From assembly GCA_036802505.1 (NCBI GenBank), contig DAIRWC010000001.1:1-41349 (forward strand): 41,349 nucleotides of DNA, read 5' to 3'. Within the stretch, counting starts at the first letter, position 1; each line of letters opens with the position of its first letter. Source of the stretch: Solirubrobacterales bacterium. Lineage in GTDB: Bacteria > Actinomycetota > Thermoleophilia > Solirubrobacterales > 70-9. Position numbers and translations under genes: made by a program. The notes under the pieces are model-generated. The model was given only the letters and a program-made list of their open reading frames with translations, did no database searches and had not been told where the DNA came from. Below are positions 19,591 to 28,758 of the stretch, piece after piece.

Positions 19591-22500
19591 CCGCCGAAGG
19601 CCCCCTTGTACTTGCCGGCCGAGCTCGAGGCCCCGCCGGAGAAGGCCCCGCCGTACTTGCCCTGGCCCGGCAGCGGCTTCTTCGCGAGGGTGCCGCTGTA
19701 CTTGCCGCCCTGCGTCGACTCCGGCCCGGTTTCCCAGGCGTCTTCGACCGCTTGGAGCAGTTCGGTTTGGAGCTGCGAGAAATCCTTGCTCTTCGGCAGG
19801 TAGGGAGCCTCGGCGCGTTTGACCCGGTTGCCGGCGGCTTCGGCCTCGTGGATGCGCCGGATCACGTGCGGGAGGAGCTCCGGCTGCGGCTGGTTGTTCT
19901 TGCCGCCGTAGAGGAGGTCGATCACCATCTGGGAGTCGAAGGGGCCGGGGATGTTGCCTTCCCCGTACTTCGTTTTGAAGTCTTTTTCGAGCCGCTTTTC
20001 TTTGGAGAACTGCTTGACCGACTGGCCGATCAGGGGGTTGAAGAGCGAGCGCTGCTGGCGACGCGGGTCCTGCTCGGCGAACGCCTGCGAGCCCGGCGAG
20101 GGGGCACCCTTGCCGACGTCGGGGAGGCCGAGGAAGCGGGAGAAGGGCGAGAGGTTGGCGGCCTGGCGGGCGAGGTACTCGAAGCCGTTTTCGCCGAGCG
20201 GCTGATCGGTGTAGGCGTTCTTGCCCGAGAGCGCTTCGATCGGCAGCCCGAGCGCCGGGTTGAGGCCCTGCAACGCCTGCATCGGTTTGTGCTCGAGGAT
20301 CGCCGACTGCACCGACCCGAGCCCGGCCGAGAAGCGCTGGCCGGCGGGGAGGATCGACTGCCCGTTGATTACCGGCTTGGTGTAGTCGACGACGGAGGGG
20401 GTGCCGCCTTCGAGTTCCGCGGCCTTCTTCACTTCGGCGGCGTTGACCGCCCCGAGCATCGCCAGAGACGTCGCCGCTGCAGGGTGGTCAAGGGGGAAGT
20501 GGTAGAGCGTCCACAGCGCGGAGAAGCGCTGAAACGGGTAGAAGATCGCGAAGGGCGCGATGTGCTTCTCGAAGACGGTGAAGGCGTCCCAATTGCCGAG
20601 GATGCCGCGCATATCCTTGACGACGTTGTCACCCAGGCGCGGGTGTTCGGCGATGTAGAGGGCGCGCTCGGAGCCGTTCATCCCCTTCATATCTTTGATC
20701 GCCTGGGCCTCGTTCTTGAAGAGGTTGCGGGCCGAGTGGCGCCACCCCTGAAAGCCCTTCTCGGAGCGCTTGAAGTCGCCCTCGATCTTCGCCAGGGCGG
20801 CGACTTCGCGGAACTTGCCCGAGCGGGCGATGTCGAAGCGGGAGATCTTCGAGCCGTTGGCGATCTCCCAGACGTGCCGCCACGCCTGCTTGGGCGCCGC
20901 GGTGCGGACGGGGTCAAGGAAGCCCTCCGTCTCCTTGATGTTGGGAGCGCCGCGCAGACCGACCGAGGCGCCCATGACGGCGCGGATGCGGTTCTGCTCG
21001 GCGATCGGGAGCTCGTTGATCTGCTTGATCGCTTTGACCGCTTTCGGAATGTGGACGATGTCGCGGCCGAGGGCGATCGCGCCGGGCACCCCTTCTTGGA
21101 AGAACTGGCTGACCTCGAAGGCGGGCGAGTTGAGGATCGTCCGGGTGGCAAAGTTGGAGCCGTGGCCGGCCCACTTGGTGACGGCGCCCGGTCCCTCGAG
21201 ATGGCCCATGAGCTCGTTGATCGCGACGGCGTCCATCGGCGCGAACTTGTCGCCTTTGACGCCGTGGGCTTTGGCTGCTTCCATCGCCGCGCGCAGCTCC
21301 TCCTTGCCGCCGCCGAGGAGAGCCTGACCGTGTTCGAGCTCGGCCGAGAGGGCCTGTTTGAACTCGCCCTCGGCCGCGGGGGTGTCGCCCTCGAGCAGGG
21401 AGCGGAGCATCTGCGTCCGCACCGGCACCGTCCCCGGCGGCCACTCGTGGTTGTTGATCGACTTCTCGACCTGGCTACGGGTCAGGTAGCGGTGGCCGCC
21501 GACTTTGCGGGAGAAGCGGTCGAAGATCCGGTTCAAGCCCGTCACCATCGCCGCCCGTCGACGAGGCAGCACCGCGGAGTGGTGGAGCATCTGATCGAAG
21601 TCGGCGATCGCGTTGCCCGACTTCGCCGCGAGGCCCTGCGAGGCGTGGACCGCTCGAGGCAACCCGGTCCCGTAGCTGGGCTCCCCGCCCGGCATCTTCG
21701 AGGGCAGGACGTCGGCGAGGTAGGGCGTCGGCTCGCGCAGGCCCAGCTTTTTGAGCTCGGGCTTTACCTGCTTCAAGTGGCGCTGCAACATCTCCGACGT
21801 CCACGGCACCGCCCTGGTCGTCGAGACGCCGCCCTCAGCGCCACCGTGCTCGGCCGGGGCCATCAGCCGTCGTCCGCCGCCGGCATCTTCGAGCGCGTTC
21901 TGCAACTGCGCGGCTCGGGCCTGGTCTTTGCCGTCGCGGCTCTTCTTGAGCTGTTTGAGGTAGTCGAACGCCTGCGAGCGCGACCATTCGCCCAGCGGCT
22001 TCGGCCGGGCGGCAACGGCCAGGTGGCCGCCCTTCGGCGCCGAGCCCTGCGGGATCTGGCCGCGACGTTCGAGCTCCTTGAGCGCCTGCAACTCCTTGAC
22101 CTGGGAGGGCAGCAAGCCGCCGGCCTCGCGTTTGGGGAGCAGCTTCAACGCCTCGGGCGTGACCATCTCCTCGGGTTTGAGGAAGGGGTGCTTGCCCGCC
22201 TCTTCGCGGATCGGGTTGACGAGCTGATCGAGCTGCGCCATGAACTGATGCCGCGGCGACGTCGCGACCTCCTTTTGGAGCTTGTCGAGCCGCACGACCG
22301 ACTCCCAGAACTTCGGGTTACGGAAGATCTCGGGGTGGCTGATGATGTAGGCCGTCGCGTGTCGATCGAGCGCGACGCCGCCGGGGGCCTTCCCCGCCTC
22401 GCCTTTTTCCCAGCCGCGGTGCAGACGCTCGACGAAGGCCATCCCCTTCGCCTCGTTGTGGGGCAGCCCGTAGCGGCCGACGATGCGGAGCGCGGTGCCG

Positions 22501-24191
22501 ACGTCGGCGACGTCCTTCTGCGTCGTCTTCTTCGATTTCCGCAGGGGCTTGGCGACCTCTTCGACCGCTTTGCGGGCCTGGCTTTCCTCGTGGGTGATCC
22601 GGGCGAACTCGCGGGCGATGCGATGCCTCGAGCGCTGTTTCTCGATCCCCCGGCCGAGGGTGCGGTTGACGTAGTGCTCGCCGGGCCGCGCCGTGTCGGG
22701 CACCGGGGCCGAGCGCTTGATCTTGCGCTGCGATTTGCGGGAGCGGTAGTCGCCCGTCTCCTGCGCCTTCCTGTCGGCCGCGATCGCCGTCTCGCGCTTC
22801 GGTGCCCGCTTGCCCTCCACAGCCGCCCTCGCGGCCGCACGTGCGTCCTCGTAAGCCTTGGTGCCTTTCAGCCGCCGCAGGACCGCAGGGACCGGGATGA
22901 AGGGCACAGCGCCGCTTTCCTGTAGCGCGTTGCGCTCGACCCGCTTGGGATCGCCGGAGGCCAGGTCGCTGACCATTTTCTTCGTCCCCGCGATCGCCCT
23001 CTCGCCCTGTTCGATCAGCGGCTCGGGTGAGCCCTTCTTGATCGACTCGACCCCGGCGCCGCCGAGGACGAGCGGATAGGCCAGCGCGCCGAGCCCGGCG
23101 TGAGCGGTCGTCTCCGCGTACTTGCCGGGATGGCCGATGGCGGCCGCGAGCTCGCCCTTGCCGAAGGCAGAGAGGCGGTTGAGCGGATCGCCGGGGAGGA
23201 CGCCGCCGCCTTCGGGTTTGACCGGCAGCACCGCCAGGCCGGCGGCACCGGAGCGAATCGGGTGACGGACGCTCGAGCGCGCCGCCCGTTTCGCGGCCGC
23301 GCGACGTCCTGCCTTCGTGGTGGCCGCCCGACGAGCCCGAGCCGGAGCCTCGCGGACCCGTCGAGGCGTCTCGCGGGCCCGACGAGCTGCGCGCCGCGGT
23401 GCCGTCTTCACCCGCTCGGTGCGGGCCTTGACGTGATCGCCCGCGCGGACGCGGAGACGCTCGGCGGCACCCTTGCCCGCGGCGCCCGCCGCCGTCTGCT
23501 CGGCCTCGGAGGCGACCTTCTCGGCCGCCCTCTTGCCGAGCGCTGCGGCGACCCGCTCGCCACCCGCCTCGAGGCCCTTGGCGACGGCACGACCGGCCAG
23601 CCCACCGCCAGGTGCGGCGAGGGTGATCGCCGTGGTCAGGTCTTCGGGTTCGCCGAGCCCTCGAGAGGAGCCGTGACCGCCGGGGGAGGCGAGTCGGTGA
23701 GCTTTCTTGTAGGCCCGCGGCGCGACGTCTTTGAGCGCCCTGTCGGGCTTGTTGGCTTTGATCGACGTCCCTTCGGGCGTCTTCCTGCCCGCCTTGAAGG
23801 TGGCCTCGGAGGCGAGGGCATGGCGAAGCCTCCGCGTCGCCTCGCGGAGTTTCGGGTCCTCGCTCCGCTTGAGCTTGGCTTCGGCCTTGCGGAGAGTCTC
23901 GATTGGGCGTGACGCCTTCGCCTTGGTGACGGCGGTGGTCGCTTTCGCGGCATCGCGTTTCGCCTGTGCCGCGTCGCGGCGGTCCTTCCGCTCGAGCCTG
24001 CGAGCTCGGGTAGCGGTAGGGGTCGATCCGTGGGAGAACTTGCGGCGTTCGGCCGAGCTCGCCTTCGAGCGGATCTTCTTGTTGCCCGACTCGGCCCGGT
24101 AGGGGCCGGTGGGCGAGACGCGACCGCGGCCGCGCTTCTTCTTCGTCTTCTTCGGCCCCGGAGTCAGATCGGGGAGGTCGCCCCAGCCCAC
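19587..24191 (-). CDS. Giant virion protein (1534 aa), putative internal/DNA-ejection protein
   Basis: GTG 24191 after GGGAGG. Uninterrupted high-GC3 ORF. Very basic Ala/Lys/Arg-rich first ~330 aa. It is the last structural gene before lysis, with no chaperone pair upstream, which argues against a tape-measure role. Confidence 0.45.
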   Translation of the reverse strand: MGWGDLPDLTPGPKKTKKKRGRGRVSPTGPYRAESGNKKIRSKASSAERRKFSHGSTPTATRARRLERKDRRDAAQAKRDAAKATTAVTKAKASRPIETLRKAEAKLKRSEDPKLREATRRLRHALASEATFKAGRKTPEGTSIKANKPDRALKDVAPRAYKKAHRLASPGGHGSSRGLGEPEDLTTAITLAAPGGGLAGRAVAKGLEAGGERVAAALGKRAAEKVASEAEQTAAGAAGKGAAERLRVRAGDHVKARTERVKTAPRRAARRARETPRRVREAPARARRAATTKAGRRAAAKRAARSSVRHPIRSGAAGLAVLPVKPEGGGVLPGDPLNRLSAFGKGELAAAIGHPGKYAETTAHAGLGALAYPLVLGGAGVESIKKGSPEPLIEQGERAIAGTKKMVSDLASGDPKRVERNALQESGAVPFIPVPAVLRRLKGTKAYEDARAAARAAVEGKRAPKRETAIAADRKAQETGDYRSRKSQRKIKRSAPVPDTARPGEHYVNRTLGRGIEKQRSRHRIAREFARITHEESQARKAVEEVAKPLRKSKKTTQKDVADVGTALRIVGRYGLPHNEAKGMAFVERLHRGWEKGEAGKAPGGVALDRHATAYIISHPEIFRNPKFWESVVRLDKLQKEVATSPRHQFMAQLDQLVNPIREEAGKHPFLKPEEMVTPEALKLLPKREAGGLLPSQVKELQALKELERRGQIPQGSAPKGGHLAVAARPKPLGEWSRSQAFDYLKQLKKSRDGKDQARAAQLQNALEDAGGGRRLMAPAEHGGAEGGVSTTRAVPWTSEMLQRHLKQVKPELKKLGLREPTPYLADVLPSKMPGGEPSYGTGLPRAVHASQGLAAKSGNAIADFDQMLHHSAVLPRRRAAMVTGLNRIFDRFSRKVGGHRYLTRSQVEKSINNHEWPPGTVPVRTQMLRSLLEGDTPAAEGEFKQALSAELEHGQALLGGGKEELRAAMEAAKAHGVKGDKFAPMDAVAINELMGHLEGPGAVTKWAGHGSNFATRTILNSPAFEVSQFFQEGVPGAIALGRDIVHIPKAVKAIKQINELPIAEQNRIRAVMGASVGLRGAPNIKETEGFLDPVRTAAPKQAWRHVWEIANGSKISRFDIARSGKFREVAALAKIEGDFKRSEKGFQGWRHSARNLFKNEAQAIKDMKGMNGSERALYIAEHPRLGDNVVKDMRGILGNWDAFTVFEKHIAPFAIFYPFQRFSALWTLYHFPLDHPAAATSLAMLGAVNAAEVKKAAELEGGTPSVVDYTKPVINGQSILPAGQRFSAGLGSVQSAILEHKPMQALQGLNPALGLPIEALSGKNAYTDQPLGENGFEYLARQAANLSPFSRFLGLPDVGKGAPSPGSQAFAEQDPRRQQRSLFNPLIGQSVKQFSKEKRLEKDFKTKYGEGNIPGPFDSQMVIDLLYGGKNNQPQPELLPHVIRRIHEAEAAGNRVKRAEAPYLPKSKDFSQLQTELLQAVEDAWETGPESTQGGKYSGTLAKKPLPGQGKYGGAFSGGASSSAGKYKGAFGG

Positions 24192-24194
24192 GGA

Positions 24195-25427
24195 CTACCT
24201 CCCAGGCGCGGGGGGTCCGGCGACTTCGCCGCGCTTGACGCGCCCGTTGTAGCCGCGGCGCTTCTTCGACTTCGCCCGGTTGAGGAGGTTCTGCACCGCA
24301 CGGTGGACCTCTCGAGGGGCGCCACCGGCTTCGACGGCGAGCCGTTCGAGTTCGGCAGCCTCGGCCGGCGTCTTCGGAGGCCCGGCCTGCGTGATCGCCG
24401 AGTGGACGAGCGACGAAGCGTTCTGCCGTTCCTTCTTGTTGGTGTTCTTCTCGCCCGGCGACAGGCCGCCGTCTTTGCCGCTCTGTTTGTAGTGCTTGGC
24501 GGTGGCGCGCTGGGAGCGGGCCGACGTCGCCGCGTTCTTGGCAGAGATCCCGATCCGTTCCTGCTCTTGGCGGTTGGAGGTCGCACCTTCCCGCGCCTGG
24601 CGGGCAGCTTCGATCTGAGCAAGCGCCTGGTCGGCGGCGGCCTGCTGTTCGGCCGCTCGAGCTTCCTGCTTTTGGAGCCGGAGCTGTTTCTGATCGTTCG
24701 AGTAGCTGCGGTCGGATTCGCGGATTTTCTCCTTGTTGGAGACGCGGGCCTGACCCTTTTCCTTGCGCTGGGCGAGGAGGTCGGCCTTGAGCTTGTCGCG
24801 ACGTCGCTGCTCGGAGCGGCGCTGCTCAATCCCCTGCATCCGGGCCGCCGACTTGTCGGAGCCGGTGCGGGCAACGAAGTTGGCTTGCTCGGAGATCGGG
24901 AGCTTGGCTTCGTCGACTCGAGCCGCGGCCGCTGCCTGGCCGGCCTGGGCGATCTTGGCGAGCCCTGCGGTGTCCTTGGGGCCGCCGACGAGGTTGGCGA
25001 AGGCTTCATCAGAAGCGCCGAGCGCAGCCTGATCGGCCGAGCTGCGGGCTCCGGCTTCCTGCTGCTGCTTCGTCGTCGTGTCCTCGACCGACTGCAACGC
25101 CGCGGCGCCCTGGCTCTGGGCGCCCTGGTAGTCGGAGGCGAGCTGCGCATACCACGAGCCGAGATCGGCTTCGCGCTTGCGGCTCCCCTTGACCTGCTCC
25201 CGCGTTTCGCGGATGCCGGGGTTGTATTCGGTCCCCGCCTCGGAGTTGGCGATCGCGCCCGCCTGGCGCCCGGTGTGGGGAGCAAGGAACTTGCCGACGC
25301 TGTTGCCGCCGCCCTTGCCGCGACCACGGCCTCGAGAGCGACCACCACCACCGGCAGGGGCCGCGCCGCCACCGTGGACGTGCGACCCGCCGTTACCGAT
25401 CCGACCTCGTCCTCGACGTCGAGCCAT
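24195..25427 (-). CDS. Internal virion protein candidate (410 aa), RG-rich N-terminus, Gln/Ala-rich coiled coil
   Basis: Starts MARRRGRGRIGNGG. Contains long QQ/AA/RR helical stretches. Position is between the tail genes and the giant protein. Confidence 0.4.
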   Translation of the reverse strand: MARRRGRGRIGNGGSHVHGGGAAPAGGGGRSRGRGRGKGGGNSVGKFLAPHTGRQAGAIANSEAGTEYNPGIRETREQVKGSRKREADLGSWYAQLASDYQGAQSQGAAALQSVEDTTTKQQQEAGARSSADQAALGASDEAFANLVGGPKDTAGLAKIAQAGQAAAAARVDEAKLPISEQANFVARTGSDKSAARMQGIEQRRSEQRRRDKLKADLLAQRKEKGQARVSNKEKIRESDRSYSNDQKQLRLQKQEARAAEQQAAADQALAQIEAARQAREGATSNRQEQERIGISAKNAATSARSQRATAKHYKQSGKDGGLSPGEKNTNKKERQNASSLVHSAITQAGPPKTPAEAAELERLAVEAGGAPREVHRAVQNLLNRAKSKKRRGYNGRVKRGEVAGPPAPGR

Positions 25428-26165
25428 CTAGACCCTCCCCCTTCCCCTGCGCGAGTTCACGCGGGCGTTGATCGCTCGAGCTTGTGCATTGTTCTGGCGA
25501 GCCTGACCGGGGCGACGGACGTTTCGACCGTCAGCACCGGGGCCACCGACTCGCCCGCGGCCGCGCACGACACCTTTGCGTCGCCCGCCGCCGGCACCGA
25601 CGCCGAGCGGTTCCGGTTCGGAGGCGGCGGCGCGACCGATCGCACCTTCGCGGATCGCGTTCTGGCCGAGCGATTCATCCCGGCCCGTCTTCGCCACCCC
25701 GCGGGTGTAGGCCGACTGCGCTTCGGCGTAGCTGTCCTCGAGCGCTTTCTGATTCTTGTCGTAGGAGCTCCGCGCGCCCGACTGCTTGTTGATCGTCGAG
25801 CCCGCGTAGAGCTGGTTGCCGGCGGTGTTGGTGATCCCCCGCTGGTTGCTGTCGAGCTGCGTTTTGTTTTCGGCCGAGCGGCTGTAGGGATTGGAGGCCC
25901 CGGAGCCGAAGCCGAGTTCGCTCTGCGCCTTCGCGTAGCCGGCGGCCAGGGAGGCGCGGGTGTCGGCAGCTTCGTTGCCGAGTTCGCCCGATTCCCGCTG
26001 CGCCGTCGAGTCCCAGGGCATCGGCGCCGCAGGGCCGAGGCCGGATTTGCCGCGGCCGCCACCACCGCGACCACCGACAGCGACACGGCCGCGACCGCGC
26101 TGCCGAGCTTTCGCCGCTGCGAGGCGGCGGTTCGCATTGGCGACGTAGTTGCGACCGCGGGCCAT
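25428..26165 (-). CDS. Internal virion protein candidate (245 aa), RG-rich at both termini
   Basis: Starts MARGRNYVAN...RQRGRGRVAVGGRGGGGRG and ends RRGRGRV. Confidence 0.4.
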   Translation of the reverse strand: MARGRNYVANANRRLAAAKARQRGRGRVAVGGRGGGGRGKSGLGPAAPMPWDSTAQRESGELGNEAADTRASLAAGYAKAQSELGFGSGASNPYSRSAENKTQLDSNQRGITNTAGNQLYAGSTINKQSGARSSYDKNQKALEDSYAEAQSAYTRGVAKTGRDESLGQNAIREGAIGRAAASEPEPLGVGAGGGRRKGVVRGRGRVGGPGADGRNVRRPGQARQNNAQARAINARVNSRRGRGRV

Positions 26166-26807
26166 CTATTCGACCCCCGCCCCGGCCTGCTTCTTCTTCT
26201 TGCCCGAGGCCGGTTCGGCTTCGCTGCCGTCGCCCTTGCCCTTGGTGCGGGCAGCCGCGAGCACCGTGGCGCGGTTGGCGACGAGCTTCTTGCGGATCGC
26301 CGCCAGTTTCGCGTTGCCGGGGTTGGCCTTGAGCCCCTTGTTGACCTTGGCGAAGGAGCTGCCGCCGACTTGCAGCTTGTCCCGCCAGTTCGGCCCGAGG
26401 GCCTTGGCGAGCGTCTGCCGCTGTTTCATCGTCTGATCGGCCTGCTCCTGGGTGATCGCCCCGGAGGAGACGCGAGCGGCGAGCTGACGGCCGCCAGGAC
26501 CGGGCAGAGCCGCGCCACCGACGCCGACGCCTTTGCCGTTGGCGGCGCCCTGACCCTTGCCTCGAGCGCCGACCCCGCGCTGCGGGCGGCCGCCGTCCTG
26601 GCCGGGCGGGTTCATCATCCCGGTGCCGGGCGGGTTGGGCCGACCACCGCCGGGAGCGGGGGTGCCGCCGTTGCCGGCGCCGTTGCGGCCGAGAGGCGAC
26701 TGCCCCGGCTTGACCCGCAGGGGCAGCGTCGACGCGCCGGGAGGAAGACCACCGCGGCCGCGACCGCCGCGACCTCGAGCTCGAGAGTTGCCAAGTGCCT
26801 GTGCCAT
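26166..26807 (-). CDS. Internal virion protein candidate (213 aa), Gly/Arg/Pro-rich
   Basis: Starts MAQALGNSRARGRGGRGRGG. ATG 26807 after GAAAGGA. Confidence 0.4.
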   Translation of the reverse strand: MAQALGNSRARGRGGRGRGGLPPGASTLPLRVKPGQSPLGRNGAGNGGTPAPGGGRPNPPGTGMMNPPGQDGGRPQRGVGARGKGQGAANGKGVGVGGAALPGPGGRQLAARVSSGAITQEQADQTMKQRQTLAKALGPNWRDKLQVGGSSFAKVNKGLKANPGNAKLAAIRKKLVANRATVLAAARTKGKGDGSEAEPASGKKKKQAGAGVE

Positions 26808-26824
26808 CTGAGTGTGTCCTTTCG

Positions 26825-27394
26825 TTATTCGGCGCCGAGGTTGGCAGCGAAGAAGTGGAAGTTCGAGTCGACGTAGGTAGTGCCGGCGACGTCTTTTACC
26901 AACACGATTTCCCAGCCTTTGACGCCTCCTCCACTAGTTATCAGGTTGACGTTGGAGTTAACTGCCTGCGTTCCCGCCGTCGAGGGGTTACAGGACTCGA
27001 TCGAGCCGGGGTATTTGAAGATGTTGGAGCCTTGGAGCCAGATCTTGTAGATCCCGGTCGAAGGATGTTCGATCGTCAGCCCCGAACCGCCGCGAAGGAT
27101 CGCCCCCGCGGCCGAGACTTCGACCCAAGCGAGGTCGGCGAAGCCTTCGATCCCGAGCTGTTCTTGGAAGGATTCACCTTCGCCTTCTTCGGGGCTCGGG
27201 GGTTCGAGGCCGCCTTCTTCGAGTTCCTGCCAGGTGGGGATGTCATTGGCGATCTGATCGGCCGAGATCGGGAACTGCTGGCGGATCTCGTCGAAGTTGG
27301 CTTGCGTCGCCGCGTTGGAGGAGAGCAGCTCGCCGAGGACCCGCCGGAGGCCCTCTTCGTCCATTCCCGCGACGAGATCTTCGATGCCGGGCAT
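26825..27394 (-). CDS. Tail fibre/receptor-binding candidate (189 aa) with a low-GC C-terminal domain
   Basis: Acidic N-terminal half. The beta-rich C-terminal half is encoded by the AT-richest part of the late region (26825-27010). Rare TAA stop. Confidence 0.35.
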   Translation of the reverse strand: MPGIEDLVAGMDEEGLRRVLGELLSSNAATQANFDEIRQQFPISADQIANDIPTWQELEEGGLEPPSPEEGEGESFQEQLGIEGFADLAWVEVSAAGAILRGGSGLTIEHPSTGIYKIWLQGSNIFKYPGSIESCNPSTAGTQAVNSNVNLITSGGGVKGWEIVLVKDVAGTTYVDSNFHFFAANLGAE

Positions 27395-28284
27395 CAGCGC
27401 TTGATCCTCAGCGTCTTACGGTCGGAGGCGTTGAAGCGGGGAGGCCCGAGGCGGCCAGGGTTCGCCAGGACCGAGGGGAAGGGCAGCGGGAGGCCGTGCC
27501 GCTGATCGTTGGTGGGTGAGGTCGCGGGGCCGCTGGCGAGTTCGACGCTGGGGACGCTCGCGTTGACGGTGGCCGAGCTGGACACGATCGCCGCGGAGAT
27601 TTCCGGCGTCGGCACCGAGACGTTGACGGTGGCCGAGTTGGGTTTGTGGATGCCGGCTTCTTCTTCGAGTTCGAGATTGCCGGTGGCGAAGTTGATCCCT
27701 TTGAATTCGCCAACCCCCTTGCCCCAGACCCCCGAGTAGCCTTCGGTGTAGGTCCCGTCTTCGGCTTCGAGCACCTGTTCAAAGGCGGATTCTTTTTCTT
27801 TGCTGGCGAAGAAGTAGACCTTGCCCCCACTGACGACGATCGCGATCCGCGAGCCCACACCGTAGGTTTCCGTTTCGACTTTTTTCAGTTCGCTCATCAC
27901 CCCGGCAACCCACTTCTCGAGGACGAACTTGATTTTTTTGCCGCTCAGCCATTCGGCACGGAGGCGGTAGCCCGACTGCGTCGTTTCCGGGGTGACTTCG
28001 CTGCGGCAGGCCCAGAGCCCGATCTGACGTCCGCTCGTCGTCGGGATCTTCGTGATCCGCAGCAACGCCGCCACGTTGCCCGCGAAGGTGGCTTTACTCC
28101 AATAGGCGTCGTCCTCGCCAGCGGTGAACAGGGACTTGGCAGTGAACCCCTCGGTTTCCCCGGCCGCGGTCTTGCCGGTGGTGGCACCCGGTTTGAGGAG
28201 TTTCCATTCCCCCGCGAGCGGGTCTTCGGTGCGGTTGAAAGTGTCGGTGATCCCGAGTTTGGCGAGGGCTTCGGCGATCGTCAC
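27394..28284 (-). CDS. Tail/fibre-associated protein (296 aa)
   Basis: GTG 28284 after GGGAGA. Internal duplication SATVNVSVPTPEISA / SATVNASVPSVELAS. GC is lower than its surroundings. Confidence 0.4.
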   Translation of the reverse strand: MTIAEALAKLGITDTFNRTEDPLAGEWKLLKPGATTGKTAAGETEGFTAKSLFTAGEDDAYWSKATFAGNVAALLRITKIPTTSGRQIGLWACRSEVTPETTQSGYRLRAEWLSGKKIKFVLEKWVAGVMSELKKVETETYGVGSRIAIVVSGGKVYFFASKEKESAFEQVLEAEDGTYTEGYSGVWGKGVGEFKGINFATGNLELEEEAGIHKPNSATVNVSVPTPEISAAIVSSSATVNASVPSVELASGPATSPTNDQRHGLPLPFPSVLANPGRLGPPRFNASDRKTLRIKR

Positions 28285-28296
28285 CGGGGTGTCTCC

Positions 28297-28758
28297 CTAC
28301 GCGACTACCAGGCGCGCGGTGCCGTCAGTCGGGTCCCATTCGATCTTCACGGTGCCCGACGCAATTTTCTGCGTGGCGCCCGCGTCGAGGTATTGCAGGA
28401 CCGGGGAGGTCCCCGCGACTCCGGTGTCCTTGTAGATCACCGCGTAGCGGTATTCGGCGGTGACTTCTTTCCATTCCACCGTTTTCGCTTTGAGCCTGGC
28501 GGTGTTGCTGGCGGCATCGTAGGAGACGGCCTTTTCGTTGAGTTCCTTGCCGCCGGCCGTGTAGTTGGTGCCGCCACCGCCCGCGATCTCGTTGGCGCTG
28601 ACGTCGTCCCAGAAGTCGTGTACGTCCTGATCGGGGACGTAGGCAGCTTCGACCAGGGCGACCTTGATCGTGTCGTTCGCCCAATCGACTCGCCGCGCAG
28701 CCGTCGCCCCGAACTGGCCGAGGACCGCCTGACCGAACCACTTTGCAATCGTCGCCAT
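28297..28758 (-). CDS. Virion structural protein (153 aa)
   Basis: ATG 28758. High GC3. Located between the 509-aa tail protein and the fibre-like genes. Confidence 0.45.
   Translation of the reverse strand: MATIAKWFGQAVLGQFGATAARRVDWANDTIKVALVEAAYVPDQDVHDFWDDVSANEIAGGGGTNYTAGGKELNEKAVSYDAASNTARLKAKTVEWKEVTAEYRYAVIYKDTGVAGTSPVLQYLDAGATQKIASGTVKIEWDPTDGTARLVVA

Noticed and set aside
19752-22925. Very long forward-strand ORFs opposite the late genes. Examples are 19752..22925 (1057 aa), 24030..26876 (948 aa), 34558..36189, 37717..39273, 9044..10642 and 5358..6449.
   Set aside because: These are typical high-GC shadow ORFs. Their products are Arg/Gly/Ala/Pro/Leu/Asp-rich with no motifs. Their third codon positions are less G/C-biased than in the reverse-strand genes, which carry clear terminase, portal, DnaB and other motifs plus SD sequences.
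19587-24191. Calling the 1534-aa protein a tape-measure protein, which would make this a siphovirus-type tail.
   Set aside because: No major tail protein or G/GT frameshifted chaperone pair lies upstream, and no distal tail or baseplate genes lie downstream. It is the last virion gene before lysis, as for podoviral internal or ejection proteins. I kept only a low-confidence ejection-protein call.
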